From the human T2T-CHM13v2.0 reference genome, Homo sapiens, in NCBI RefSeq assembly GCF_009914755.1, contig NC_060944.1: DNA of 64,000 nt. One strand, 5' to 3'. Within the stretch, counting starts at the first letter, position 1. Every line of letters begins with the position of its first letter. A program made the translations under genes and the position numbers. Shown here one piece after another: positions 13,236-26,704 of this stretch. A model generated the notes under the pieces. The model saw only the letters and a program-made list of their open reading frames with translations, did no database searches and was not told the origin of the DNA.

Positions 13236-13416
13236 AAAAAAACCCTAAAATATAATGCAAGGCTGTAATTTCCTTTTTTTAGATCCCACTGCACTAAGCA
13301 TGTATAAAAGGCTCAAGAAATAATTTTTGGCTCCCTTAAATCCTGTGTGGAAAGGATGTGTGTAAATGCACAGGTGTCTCTGACTGCATTTGTGACCATG
13401 GAAAGACGTCATTACA

Positions 13417-13845
13417 TTGAGTGGCTTTCTTAGGTTGTGCTCACTTTATTTGAGAAGTGATCCCAGGAAGCACCAATCTGAGAGCAGGGAAATGAGACAG
13501 ACAGTGGAAGAAAGCCACTACTGGGCAAATGGGGCTTCATCTTACTGGGACCTCTGAGAGAAAGAGGGACACACTGCAGCGTTATTCTCCCTGAGGAGCA
13601 AGGAAGCTGGGGGTATTTCTCCGCCGCTCCCATCTGCTATTGGTTTAAGGATGATCCCAGAGCATGTCAACTATTTGGCACTTCCAGCCTCCATGCCCAG
13701 GCCGAGCACGCTCCAGGGACCTGAGAAACTCTTTACCTTCCCAAAACCACACAGCACTTGCCATTGGAAGGCACCGGGTTGACACACGGAAGCGTGATGA
13801 GTGTTGAGGGGATATGGGCCAGGTACCAACAAAATCCACTGCCAT
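13417..13845 (-). mobile_element. LTR16-like ERVL LTR
   Basis: 'tttatttgagaagtgatcccaggaagcacc...ctgggacctctgaga...gggatatgggccaggtaccaaca'. Confidence 0.7.
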
Positions 13846-15449
13846 AGCATTCTGCTTTTCTTGTTAAGCACCACCTCAGCAATCTTACTGATGATTCTGT
13901 CCTGGTGGGGCTGGGACTGTGGCGGGAAGGGAGCAGGAATGGTAGGGATGTAGTAGGTCCATAAGGGAAATCCTGTGACTGGGCTTGGTGTTATCCTGTC
14001 TCCTGTCAAATGCTTGAGTGTTCATTTAAAAGGCTGACCCTGCTTGATGACTCTGGGAATATTCAAAACAAAAGATGTGAAATCCAGGTTTCAACATTAA
14101 CCCAGTATGGCCAGAGGAATTGAAGAATGTACCATGAAAACATGATATCAGAACTCAGAGATGTTTATTTATGAGTTTGGCAAGGTTTTAAAAATTTTTT
14201 TATGATGCGTTTGAGTTCTTCTGCATACAAGGCAAAATTCCATCAACCCGGCCAGCCTATAAAATCCCTCACAAATCGTTTTATGATGTGTTTGAAATAC
14301 CTCAGGCTGAGTTATTTGTTGACAATTTGTCCTTTATTTTTGACACCTCGGCTGAGGATTATCTTCCCCAAAATAGAATTGCTAACTTCTTGGAGACCTG
14401 TGACCACTGTGTGCTAGCAATGTCAGTCTACCAGGCACATAAATATTCATTTATTGGTGTTAAGCAGGTAGCAACAGAATTCTGGACCTTAGTTGCTGGA
14501 GAAGAAACAAAGACTTTTAGAACTAGAATCACAAATTGTTTATTTTATGGTTGAGGAAATTGAGGCCAAAGGTCACCCAGCCAACTTGATGTGGAGCTGG
14601 AATGAAACTCCACCATCTCGTCCCATGAAGCCGCCTCTGCACAAGGTTGATTGGCGGCCCATTCTGGTTGGCTGATGAAGGACACTGGTTCTATAATTCA
14701 GCGATTCGTTCTAAGTGCCCGATCAGTCTCCCCATAGTGGGATTTGATACTCTCCTCGTATTGGCCACTGAGTGGTTGGCAGTAATTTCACCCTTTATGG
14801 CTTTTCTGGGCCTTTTAGTTCCTTAGATTCTAAATTGGTCAGGACTGTGTACTTCAGAAAACACTGACCGATTACCTAAGAATATTGCTAATCAGCTAGA
14901 ACGAATTGTTATGGGATCCTAATATAATATTTTGGAGTGTCAGATACAGAGAGAAGACATAGCTGGGAGCTGGCACACTTAAGTTCTCTGGCCTGGTCCT
15001 CTTCCCATCCTGGTGGAGGCAATTCTGAAGATAAATAAATTATGTGAGCAAACCACCCTATGGTGAGGTTAAGTTCATTAGAGATTAAATGCTCAGAGGG
15101 GAAAAGGGAAGTTGACCTCTTTGATGATTCAAAAAGAACGTCAGCTGAAGTCAAAGTACAACATTCTAGGGCTACCCGCTGGCTGGTGGAGGAAGGCATG
15201 GCTTTCCCACAGGGCAAGGACAGACAAGACAGGCAGATAATTACAGCTTGTGCTTGGGCAGTGCATGTGCAAACAGGGCGGAGAACTTGTAGGTTATTAA
15301 GCCAAGGAAATAACTTTTCTCTGCTGCCATGCATTTATTAGTAAAATTGGAATAATTTTCATTTCTTTTTATTGCTTGGAAAGATTAATTAGGATAAAAC
15401 AGAAAAAGCACATAGAGAACTACCAAGAATGCAGTGTGTGCTGAGTAGA

Positions 15450-15548
15450 TATTATCTATGTATCTGTCATCTATCTCTTTATCTATCCACCCATTTATCT
15501 ATCTATCCATCCTATCATCTATCTATACATCCCATCTTCATCTATCTA

Positions 15549-15596
<48 letters not shown>

Positions 15597-15698
15597 ATCT
15601 ATCATCTGTCTATCCATCCTATCTAATCTATCATCTATCTATCTGTCTATCTATCTATCTATCTATCTATCTCATCTGTCATCTATCCATCCTATCTA

Positions 15699-15748
<50 letters not shown>

Positions 15749-15760
15749 AATCATCTCCAT
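15450..15760. repeat. Compound (TCTA/GATA)n tetranucleotide microsatellite
   Basis: Several TATC runs, the longest about 12 perfect units at 15549-15596. Confidence 0.98.
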
Positions 15761-16039
15761 CAATGTTAACAACAGATTCATGACCAACAAACATGGCTTC
15801 CTGTTCATCTTCTCCCTGAAACTTTGTGGTTTTATCTTTGCATCTGCCTCTATGCTCTTGCTTCTGAAGGAATTTTGAGCCCAGTTATAGCTTAACTTCC
15901 TTCATTGGCTATACATCAATGTAGACATGGGGCTCAATCCTTTTATATCAGTTTCCAACACTCTACCACTCATACAAGGTTTTTGGATGCAGACTTTACT
16001 GAAGGTTCTTAGTAGTTTAGGGGGTCCATGCTACAGCAG

Positions 16040-16470
16040 CACTATGGCAGATTCACTTTATTCCTATTCAACTGCCACTTCTCCTTTTTTGTTAGTTACA
16101 GAACCCCAATTTTGTCTGTGATGGCCACAGGCTTAGTTAAAAATAGTCACTCCTGCAGACTTTCTTGTAGCTAGGAGTGTGACATGATTTTGTCTAACAG
16201 GGTAAGCCTTTGCTTTCCTAATACAGACAATACCTCCTTTCTCCTTTGCTATGTTGTCTTATTCCTATCTGGAAGGTAAATGTGATGCTTGGAGAAACAG
16301 CAGACACCTTGTGACCATAATGAAAAAAGGCACATGCTGAGGAAAACAGAAAGACTCTTTGTTCTCCGTTACATTATAGAATAGCCAGATCATACCTGAA
16401 TTGCCAACTTTGGATTTATTGTCAGGTGAGAGAAAAAACAAATGCTCTATCTGTTTAGGCCTGAGTCAAA
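16040..16470 (+). mobile_element. MLT1J/K-like MaLR LTR
   Basis: 'tgtgatgcttggagaaacagcagacaccttgtgaccat'...'gagagaaaaaacaaatgctctatctgtttaggcc'. Confidence 0.65.
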
Positions 16471-16694
16471 TGCTGCCCTACCATGAAGACAGAAAAATGA
16501 TAACAAAAACTGAAGACTCAATGTCATGTTTTGTTACATGAGTCCCTGGCTATTTCTCCTGGTGTGGGGTCCAGCTTCCAACTACTTTCTTCATCTTCTA
16601 TGCCCAGCCCTCCCCTGACCAACCACTCAAAAATTTCCTCACACTTTATTATCCAGAGAAATTCAGCACTTTTTTTTTTTTTTGCATTTCATCT

Positions 16695-16803
16695 CTCTTT
16701 TTTTTTAATTTTTATTTTTAGGTCAGGGATGTATGTGCAGGTTGGTTGTATAGGTAAACTTGTGTCATGTCATGGGGGCTTATTGTACAGATTATTTCGT
16801 CAC
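16695..16803 (-). mobile_element. Extreme 3' tip of an older L1PA (L1PA8-16-like)
   Basis: 'gtatgtgcaggttggttgtataggtaaacttgtgtcatg...tgtacagattatttcgtcac'; flanked by cact(n)gcat on both sides. Confidence 0.8.
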
Positions 16804-17009
16804 TCACTTTTTGCATCTTTATTTCCCAGTTTTAACATAAAGGAGCCATCCTGTCATGAATTAGGGCACTTATTTAGAAGACAGAATTGATTTAAATCCA
16901 GCATACATTATATACGTTATATTACTACAATTTATGTATATATAATATGTTAATATAAACTAGATTTTTGGACACATATTTTAAATTTTTAAATGTACTT
17001 AAATTTTAA

Positions 17010-17422
<413 letters not shown>

Positions 17423-17456
17423 ACTAGTATTTTCTTAAGCAGAGCTTCATAATTGG

Positions 17457-17731
17457 GGTGTGTGTGTGTGTGTGTGTGTGTTTTCTTTGAGACAGTCTGG
17501 CTCTGTCGCCCAGGCTGGAGTGCAGTGGCACGATCTCGGCTAACTCGCTCTGCCTCCCAGGGTCAAGCGATTCTCCTGCCTCAGCCTCCTGAGTAGCTGG
17601 GATTACAGGCGCCCACCACTGCGCCCGGCTAATTTTTGTATTTTTAGTAGAGACGGGGTTTCGCCATGTTGGCCAGGATGGTCTCAAACTCCTGACCTTC
17701 AGGTGATCCGCCCGCCTTGGCCTCCCAAAGT
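17457..17731 (-). mobile_element. AluS, 5'-truncated, with adjacent (TG)n
   Basis: Both arms present, ends at 'cctcccaaagt'. Confidence 0.94.
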
Positions 17732-18397
17732 TGTTGTGTTTTAAAAGAGAAACACATTCAGGGGTCCATACAACTTTAGACATTACTTAACTCAGCTTTC
17801 ACTTTGCATATAGTAAATTATAGAGTTATCAATGTATGAGATTCTTTTAGAGTGAAGATTTGCAGTTTTATAAGTTCTTTATGGATTATATATCTACTTC
17901 TCCTAATTCTACAAAAAATCCAGTCTAATTTCTGGGCACAGGCATGGTAGGAGACACCTCCGGTTTCAGGATTAGAGGAATCCTGAGAGTATTGAGGAAT
18001 GCGGGGTTGGGGGGCTCTGCTCCCTCCATGGGACGAGGTTTAGCTCCGTTTGTTGATGAGTCCTCATTGTAGGCATGGTGATGTCGGAAGTTAGGCTCTG
18101 TGTGACTCCTGAGGCTGATGGCCTCACAGCCCCTGACTTTTAGTGTTAGTGATAATAGCTGACTTTTCCTGAGCACCGACTCTGTGCCAGGCACTGTGAT
18201 CTCAGGGACTCTGCACAAGCCCCCCCGCCCCCGCCCCCCCACAGAAAGCACCATCTGTGTTGGGGGCTCGGATCCCAGAAAAGGTGAGTTCTCTCATCCA
18301 GGTCATGGAGCCAGTCATGGGTTGGGGGTCCCAACCCAGTGAGTCTGACTCCAAAGCCTCTTAATTGCCATGGTGTATGATTTATCTGTTCCACTTG

Positions 18398-18799
18398 TGT
18401 CTTGGTCAGTTGGGGCTGCTATAACAAAATGCCATCGACTGGGTGGCTTATAAACAACAGAAACCTCTTTCTCACAGTTCTAAAGGCTGGGAACTCAAAG
18501 ACCGAGGTGCTGACAGATTCGGTCCCTGGTGAGGCTTGTAGACAGCCTTCTTCGTGCTGACAGATTCGGTTCCTGGTGAGGCTTGTAGACAGCCTTCTTC
18601 TCACTGAGTCCCCACATGGGAGAGGTAGAGTGGCGAGGGCTCTCTTCTATCTCCTCTTAAAAAGGCACTGATTCCATCATGAAGATGCCACCCTCTTGAC
18701 CTAATTACCTCCCAAACGTCCATCTCCTAATACGATCACACTGGAAATTAGTGATTCAGCTGTGAATTTTGGGAGGACAAAAATATTCAGTCCATAGCA
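18398..18799 (-). mobile_element. MLT1A/MSTD-type solo LTR with an internal 47-bp tandem duplication (18507-18600)
   Basis: 'tgtcttggtcagttggggctgctataacaaaatgccat...attcagtccatagca'; near-TSD acttg / acttt. Confidence 0.9.
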
Positions 18800-18837
18800 A
18801 CTTTTATTTATTGATGATCATTTTATTTTGGAATAAT

Positions 18838-19355
18838 GTATTTTCTCCAGCTTTATCAAGGTGAATAAAATTATATATATATTTATGGTATACAACGTGA
18901 TGCTTTAATATACATATTAGTGATATAATTACCACAATCAAGTTAATTAACGTATCTATTGACTAACATAGTTACCATTTTTGTTTTGGGTTAGGGACAT
19001 TTAAAACCTACTCTCTTAGCAAATTTTAAGTGCACAGTACAGTATCATTAACTCTAGTCATCATGCTGTACATTAAATCTCCAGAAATTATGCATCCTGC
19101 AAAACTGAAACTTTGTGCCCTTTGAACAACATCTCCTCATTTCCCTATTCCCCAGCTCCTGGCAGCCACCATTCCACTCTGTGCTTCCAGGAGCTAGAGA
19201 GTTTTTAGATTCCACATGTAAGTGAGATCATGCTGTATTCAGCTTTCTATGCCTGGCTTATTTCAGTTAGCATAATGGCCTCCAAGTTGATCCGTGTTGT
19301 TACAAATGAGAAGATTTCCTTCTTTTGAAAGCTGGATAATATTTCATTGTGCATA

Positions 19356-19391
<36 letters not shown>

Positions 19392-22300
19392 CACACATAT
19401 ATATACACACATATATATACACATATATACAATATATATATATGAATATACCTTACATTTTCTTTTTAAAAATTCATTCATTTATTCTCCACTTTACTGA
19501 GCTCAGTGAAGGCATCTCTGTCAGCACTGGGTGGGATTGGGGAAGTTGTGACACAGTTAATGTAAAATTGTCCATCCTACCCTCTTCAATGTGTCTTTTC
19601 TTATTTCTTTGCACTACCCAGGTGTTTTAATCTTTCACCTGGACGCTTGGGTTGATTTCACATTTTAGCCATTGTGCATAATGCTGCAATGAACATGGGT
19701 GTACAGATATTTCTTTGAGATACGGATTTCATTACCTTTGGAGATATACTCACAAGTGGGATTGCTGGATCATATGGTAATACTATTTTTAATTTTTAAG
19801 CTCCATACTATTTTCCATAATGGCTATACCAATCTACATTTCCTCCAACAGTGAACAAGGATTCCCCTTTCTCCACATTTTTGCCAAAGTTTCTTATCTT
19901 TAGACTTTTTGATAATAGTCATTCTAGCAGGTGCAAGGTGATATCTCATCACGGTTTTGCTTTGCATTTCTCCAATGACTAATGATGTTGAGTACCTTTT
20001 CATATACCTCATGTAGCCATTTGAATGTCTTTTGTGGAGAAATGACAATTTAAGTCTTTTCTAGTTCTCAATCAGGTTATGTTTTTGTTTTTGTTTTGCT
20101 ATTGGGTTGTATGATTTCCTTATATATTTTGGATATTAACCCCTTATCAGATATATGATTTGCAAATATATTATTCAGTTTCATAGATCATCTCTTCACT
20201 TTGTTGATTGTTTCCTTTGCTGTGCAGAAATTTTTAGTTTTATGTAATATCATTTGTCTACTTTTGTTTTTGTTGCCTGTGCTTTTGGGGTCATATCTAA
20301 AAAATCATTGCCCAGACCAATGTCAAGAAACTTCTTCCCTGTGTGTCCTTCTAGAAGTTTTACAGGACCGTGTCTTATATTTAAATATTTAATCAATTTT
20401 GAGTTGATTTTCATATATGGCATTATGTAAGAGTCAAATTTTATTCCTCTCCACGAAGATATCCAGTTTTCCTAACACTATTTATTGAAGAGACTGTCCT
20501 TTCTCCATTGTTTATTCTTGGCACCTTTGTTGAAGATCAATTGGCCCTAAATGTATGGGCTTATTTCTGGGCTCTCTATTGTGTTCCAATGGCCTATATG
20601 TCTTTTTTAAATGCCATGCTGTCTTGGTTACTATAGCTTTGTTTTATAGTATGAAATCAGGAAGTCTGATACCTTCAGTTTTGTTCTTGCTCAAGATTGC
20701 TTTGGCTATTCAAGGTCTTCTCTGGTTCAATATGAATCTGACAGTTGTTTATTCTGTTTCTGGGAAAAATAGCATTGGAATTTTTATAGGGATTGCATTG
20801 AGTTTGCAGATTGCTGTGGGTAGTATGAACATTTTGACAATATTAACTCTTCCAACCCATGAGTGTGAGATATCTTTCCATTTACTTGTGTTTTCTTCAA
20901 TTTCCTTCCTTAAAAACATAAAACTGATTTTTATTATTTTGGTAATGGTATCTCATTATAGGTAATTAGATACAGAATTTTTAAAAATTTGGTATATGAA
21001 ACAGTAAAAGCTATATATTAATGCTGTTTCCCCAGAATCTATTTCAGTTACAACTCTGTGCTGTTGCTACTAGAAGCATACGTGATAAAATACAAAAATA
21101 AGAAAAGTTTAAATAATAATTCATCCTTGAGTTATCTTAAGATGTTATGGTAGTAACATCTACCAAAGCACACCTTTTTTCACAGTCCAAAAAACAAGCC
21201 TGAGACCTATTTTTTCAGTTTCGAAAAAAAGCAATTTTCTTACAAAGTCAAAGCTTTAATATGTAAATGAGGCAATTAATAAACAATATGCTCTAATAGC
21301 ATAATAACCCAAAGTAAAAGTTCTGACTTTAATGTACAAATCATTAATCCCCTTTAATACATTTATTTCTAAGTATTTTATTTTCTTTGATTGTAAATGG
21401 GATTGCTTCCTTAACTTCCTTTTCTGATAATTTGTTATTCGTGTATAGAAATGCAACTGATTTTTGAATGTTGATTTTTGTATCCTGCAACTTTACCGAA
21501 TTCATTTATTAATTTTAATAGTTTTTTTTCGGCAGTCTTCAGGGTTTTCTACATATAAGATCATGTCATCTGCAACCAGAGACAATTTTACTTCTTCCTT
21601 TCCAATTTGGATGCTTTTTATTTCTCTTTCTTACGGAATTACTCTGGCTAGGACTTCCATTACTGTGGTGAATAGAAGAGGCGAGAGTGGACATCCTTAT
21701 CTTGTTCCTAATCTTGGAGAAAAAAACTTTCAGCTTTTTTTTGTTGTTGAGTATGATGTTAGCTGTGACCTATTCACTTATCACCTTTATTATGCTGAAG
21801 TATATTCCTTTTGGACCTAATTTATTGAGAGTTGAATTTTGTCAAATGCTTTTTCTGTGTCTATTGAGATGATATTATTTTTAGTCTTCATTCTATAATG
21901 TGATATATCACGTTTATTGATTTGTATATGTTGAACCAACACTGCGTGCCAGGAATAAATCCCACTTGATCATAGTGTATGATCCTTTTAATGTGCTATT
22001 GAATTTGGTTTGCTAACATTCTGTTAAGGATTTTTGCGTGTATGTTCATCAGGGGTATTTGCCTGTAATTTTGATTCTTATAGTATCCTTGTCTGGCTTT
22101 GGTATCAGGGTAATGCTGATTTTGTAAAATGAGATTGGAAGTGTTCTCTCCCCTTCAAGTTTTTGAAAGAGTTTGAGAAGAATTGGCATTAAGTTTTATT
22201 TCAGCTCAGGACCTGATAGAGTTTACAAGTAAAGTCATCAGGTCCTGAGCTTTTCTTTGTTGGGTGGCTTTTGATTACCTATTTAATCTTCTTATTTGTT

Positions 22301-23300
22301 AATAGTCTGTTCAGATTATTTATTTCTTCAAGATTCAGTATTGGTAGGTTGTATGTTTCTAGGAAATTATCCATTTCTTCTAGGTCATACTATTGGTCAG
22401 CATATAATGGTTCATAGTAATTTCTTATGACCCTTTGTATTTCTGTGGTATCAGTTGTAATGTTTTCTCTTTCATTTATAATTTTACTTTTTGGAATCTT
22501 CTCTCTTTTTCTTAGTTAGTCTAACTAAAAGCTTGTCAACTTTATCTTTAAAAAAACCCACTTATATCCATTGATCTTTTTCATTGTTTTTCTGGTCTCT
22601 ATTTCATTGATTTCTGCTCTTATTTTCTTTGTTTGCTTCCTTCCTCTAACTTTGGACTTGGTTTGTTCTGCTATTTCTAGTTTCTTGTGGTATAAAATTT
22701 GGTTGTTTATTTGAGATCTTCCTTTTTTCTTAATGTAGAAGTTTATTGCCATAAAATTCCCTCTTAGAACTACTTTTGCTATATCTCATAAATTTTGGTA
22801 AGTTTTGTTTTTATTTTCATTTGTTTCAAGATATTTCTTTAGTTTCCTTTTGAATTCATCTTTGACTCATTGGATGTTCAGGGGTGTTTTCAGGAGTGGA
22901 GTTGCAGGGGTCACAGGGGCTGGCCTGGTGCTGGGGTCTATGGAACCTGGGTCCTCAGGAGATGGCCTGGAGTCTGAGTCTATCAGGGCTGGATTCTCTG
23001 GGAAAGGCCTGGTGCTGGGGTCTGTGGTGAAACTGGCTGCTCACCACTTCTCTGAGCTCAGTGAAGGTATCTCTCTCAGCACTGGGCAGGCTTGGGGGAG
23101 GCGTTGCTTAGTTAATATGAAATTGTCCTTCCTACCCTCTTCAGTGTATCTCTTCCTATTTCTGTGCACTATCCAGGTGCTATAATCTTTTACCTGAATT
23201 CTTTAGTTCTAGTGAAGATTGTTTTGTGTGTGTGGGTAGTGTTTCAAATTGCTTTTCTATGAAGGGATGAGCTTTGAAATTTCCTATTCTGCCATCTTGC
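18838..23300 (-). mobile_element. Old L1MA-type LINE-1: 3'UTR and most of ORF2 joined directly to a 5'UTR segment
   Basis: ORF2 remnants (19824-20048; 22525-22752 KIRAEINEIETRKT); 5' terminus 'cctattctgccatcttgct'; candidate degenerate TSD tttggaataat / tttgaaacaat. Confidence 0.85.
19356..19445. repeat. (TG)n/(TA)n/(CA)n compound microsatellite
   Basis: Direct inspection. Confidence 0.95.
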
Positions 23301-25038
23301 TTTGAAACAATTTTAAATGTACAGAAATGCAACAGAGATAAGTTCCCATATGTCCCTCACTATCCAGCTTGCCCCTTTGTTAGCATCTTATATTGCCATT
23401 GTTTCCCTTTTTAAAATTTCTTTGATTTTTAGGTTTCACATTTTGGGCTATGAAAAAAAATTCCCTGCTTTTCCTTTCTTCTTTTCCCTTTAACTGCAAC
23501 CTGTCTTATCCCCTTCTTTTGAAGAGAATCAGAACTTGAACTAGGGAGAACTGATCTTTCAGAGAAGATAGATTCACTCTGGCCTAGGGAAAGAGAAGGG
23601 AGATGAGACACCCTGCTGAGCCAGACAGCCAGCCTCCTGCCGTCGCTGCCAGTACCCTCACCAGCTGGACACCAGCTGACCTGGCACACAGACATCTCTG
23701 CCATCAGGAAGACCTGTGGGGAGTTTTCCACTGTGAATGCCAAGAAGAGCCTGCCTTTCTTTAACAAGTCTGTTTGCTTTAGACTATTTGTACCAGCTTT
23801 TCAGTTGAAGACAAAGACATGTGGTCATGAGAGCTGAAGTAAAACCACTTTGTTTCTGTGTTGTTTATTTAAGATGGCAAAGTATGTTAAGGGCATGGAG
23901 ACCCTTGATCTTCTGCTGATGGAAGCATTTATATGACCCTGAGTGGTGTGCCCAACCCTTTGTTCAACAAACTCAGAGAGAAGGTAGAGAACTAGACCTG
24001 AGCACACCCTCCTGGCTGCAGGTGCAGCTCACGTGATGTAAGTGGAGAGAGGCCAAAGTGTCTAATTCTCCCCCACCCCCACTCCCTTGCCATGTGTCAG
24101 TTACCCTCCCCAGCTAGGGCTCTGCCTTCTCGCCGAGTTGAATTTCATACATTCACACAGGAATCTTGGGGTGGACCAGGATGGTGGTGAGCACTGGCAC
24201 AGCTGCTTTGGTTCAGGTGTAAATTGAATCCATTCTATAGCCAGAAAATTAATTCACTTCCTCGTGCCTCGACCTGGCATCCAGGCTTCCTCACTCCAGC
24301 GGATCATCCCCACACCCTGTGTGTCCATACCAATCCAAGTGGGGTGGAGGGAAGGTGTGTTAGGAGGTCTACTGGCCCACCCAGGGCCTAGGAGCAGGAA
24401 TCCTTACAAAGACGGGGTATGGATAGGGCATATACAAGCTTGAGATTCCTAAAAATGTGTGTGTTTAAGGCACAAAAACACTTGCACAGAAAAATCAGAT
24501 CTTAGGCTTATCTGTAGGGCATTATAGGATTGTCCACAGAGCAATGAATCTCAGAGGGCATTCATTTAGGAACACTAAGACACTTGGGAGGTTACTCAAT
24601 GTTTTTTCCCTTTCCCAGTCACACTGAAATGCTTCCAGAGAGATTTTATTGTTTTAAAATTCCGCCAATGAGGGGACCCCACTCCCTCTCCCCAACCCAT
24701 TTTGTGGTGTTTAGTAGTTCACCCAAAAGTGGCTAAAGCTTCCATCAAGCTAAAGAACAGAACTCAGTCTCCTTGGGGAATGTGGGGGCAATTCTCACTA
24801 TTTGCAGTATATAATAGTCTTTAACCAGCGTCTTCCGCTTTCTTCTGAAAATAGAACTTGTCCATTGAACAAGTAGCAGTAACAACCCCAGGGAATCCTC
24901 CTACCTCCATTCTCACAGTGCTGCTTGTGCACTGAGGCATGTGCAAGGTTTAACCTCGAGATGAGCTTCCAAGACGGTCACCAGGGAAGACTTCATCCGG
25001 CTGCACTAGTTTTAAACTAGGCTACCAGATAATGAACA

Positions 25039-25076
25039 TGTGTGTGTGTGGTGTGTATGTGTGTGTGTGTGTGTGC
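25039..25076. repeat. Interrupted (TG)n microsatellite
   Basis: Direct inspection. Confidence 0.9.
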
Positions 25077-25786
25077 AGGTGTGCACATATGGTGCCTGTC
25101 TCCAAATGATGTTTGTTTCAGTCAAGTCATGTGCAGAGGCAGCAAGACTCTTTTGTGCTTTGCAGGGACATCCTGGCTTGAGCTTATATGTACTCAATAT
25201 TGGCATTCAGTTGTTGTAGTTCCGTCTTTCAGGTTTGGGGCCTTCTTGTTTAGTTTATTTTCCTTTTTTTCTTTTCTCCTACTCTCCTTCTATCTCTCTC
25301 TCCCTCTTGCTCTCCCTCCCTCCCTCTTTGTTGCTCCTTAAGGGTTTCAGGTCGGCCTCTGAAAAACAATTATGCTGACAGTCACTTACGGAGACTCTGC
25401 CATATGCTGGCAGCTTTACATCAGTGGTTAGAATCTTCGCAACAGACCTACAGAGTAGCCGCTGGTGGCAGGGGATATCTGAGGAGTCACTGTAGCAAAC
25501 GCTGCTGTCATGGCCCCTAGGATTTTATCACCATTTTTGTGCATACCCAGCGTGCATTTGCCTCCAACGGCCAGCCCTCATGTCTCTGTTGGAGAATGGA
25601 CTTCTGGCCTCTGGGACACTCTGCCTGCACTTGGAGACCTAGAAGTCCTTGGAGAATGTGTTTTATTTTGAAATCAAACTAACAATAAATGGGTAGATTT
25701 GACAAGAAGCCAATGCAGTGGGAAGCCAAGTTTGGAAGAGGTTTCTACTACTTTCACTCTCCCTTGGCTTTTAAGCTGTTGAGATG

Positions 25787-26385
<599 letters not shown>

Positions 26386-26704
26386 TATTTTTTCCTCCTC
26401 TCTGATCCACTGCATTTAAGCATCCATTTTATTTTGTACTTGGAGCTATTTTTTTGATAGCTTTAAAGCAGAGAAAGGGGAGTTTTATGATTAATTTCAG
26501 TAGTCTCCATGTTTTTACAAAGTAGCATCCTGAAATGTTTGAGGCTTAGAGGAGACAGGACTTCTGTCCAGACTACCAAAGACTCTCTTGGATAGACTTG
26601 GTGAGGAGAGATGCAGGGGGAGAGAGAAAATCATGAGGTCAGAGGACCCCAGGGAAGACAGACAAGACTTCAGGGCCAGGAATGAGAGAAATGTGAGCAA
26701 AGGG

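Noticed and set aside
15429-15769. YLSI-repeat ORFs
   Set aside because: Translation of the TCTA microsatellite
18219-18240. C-rich tract as a G-quadruplex or Sp1 promoter
   Set aside because: Short isolated tract with no CpG island or other promoter context
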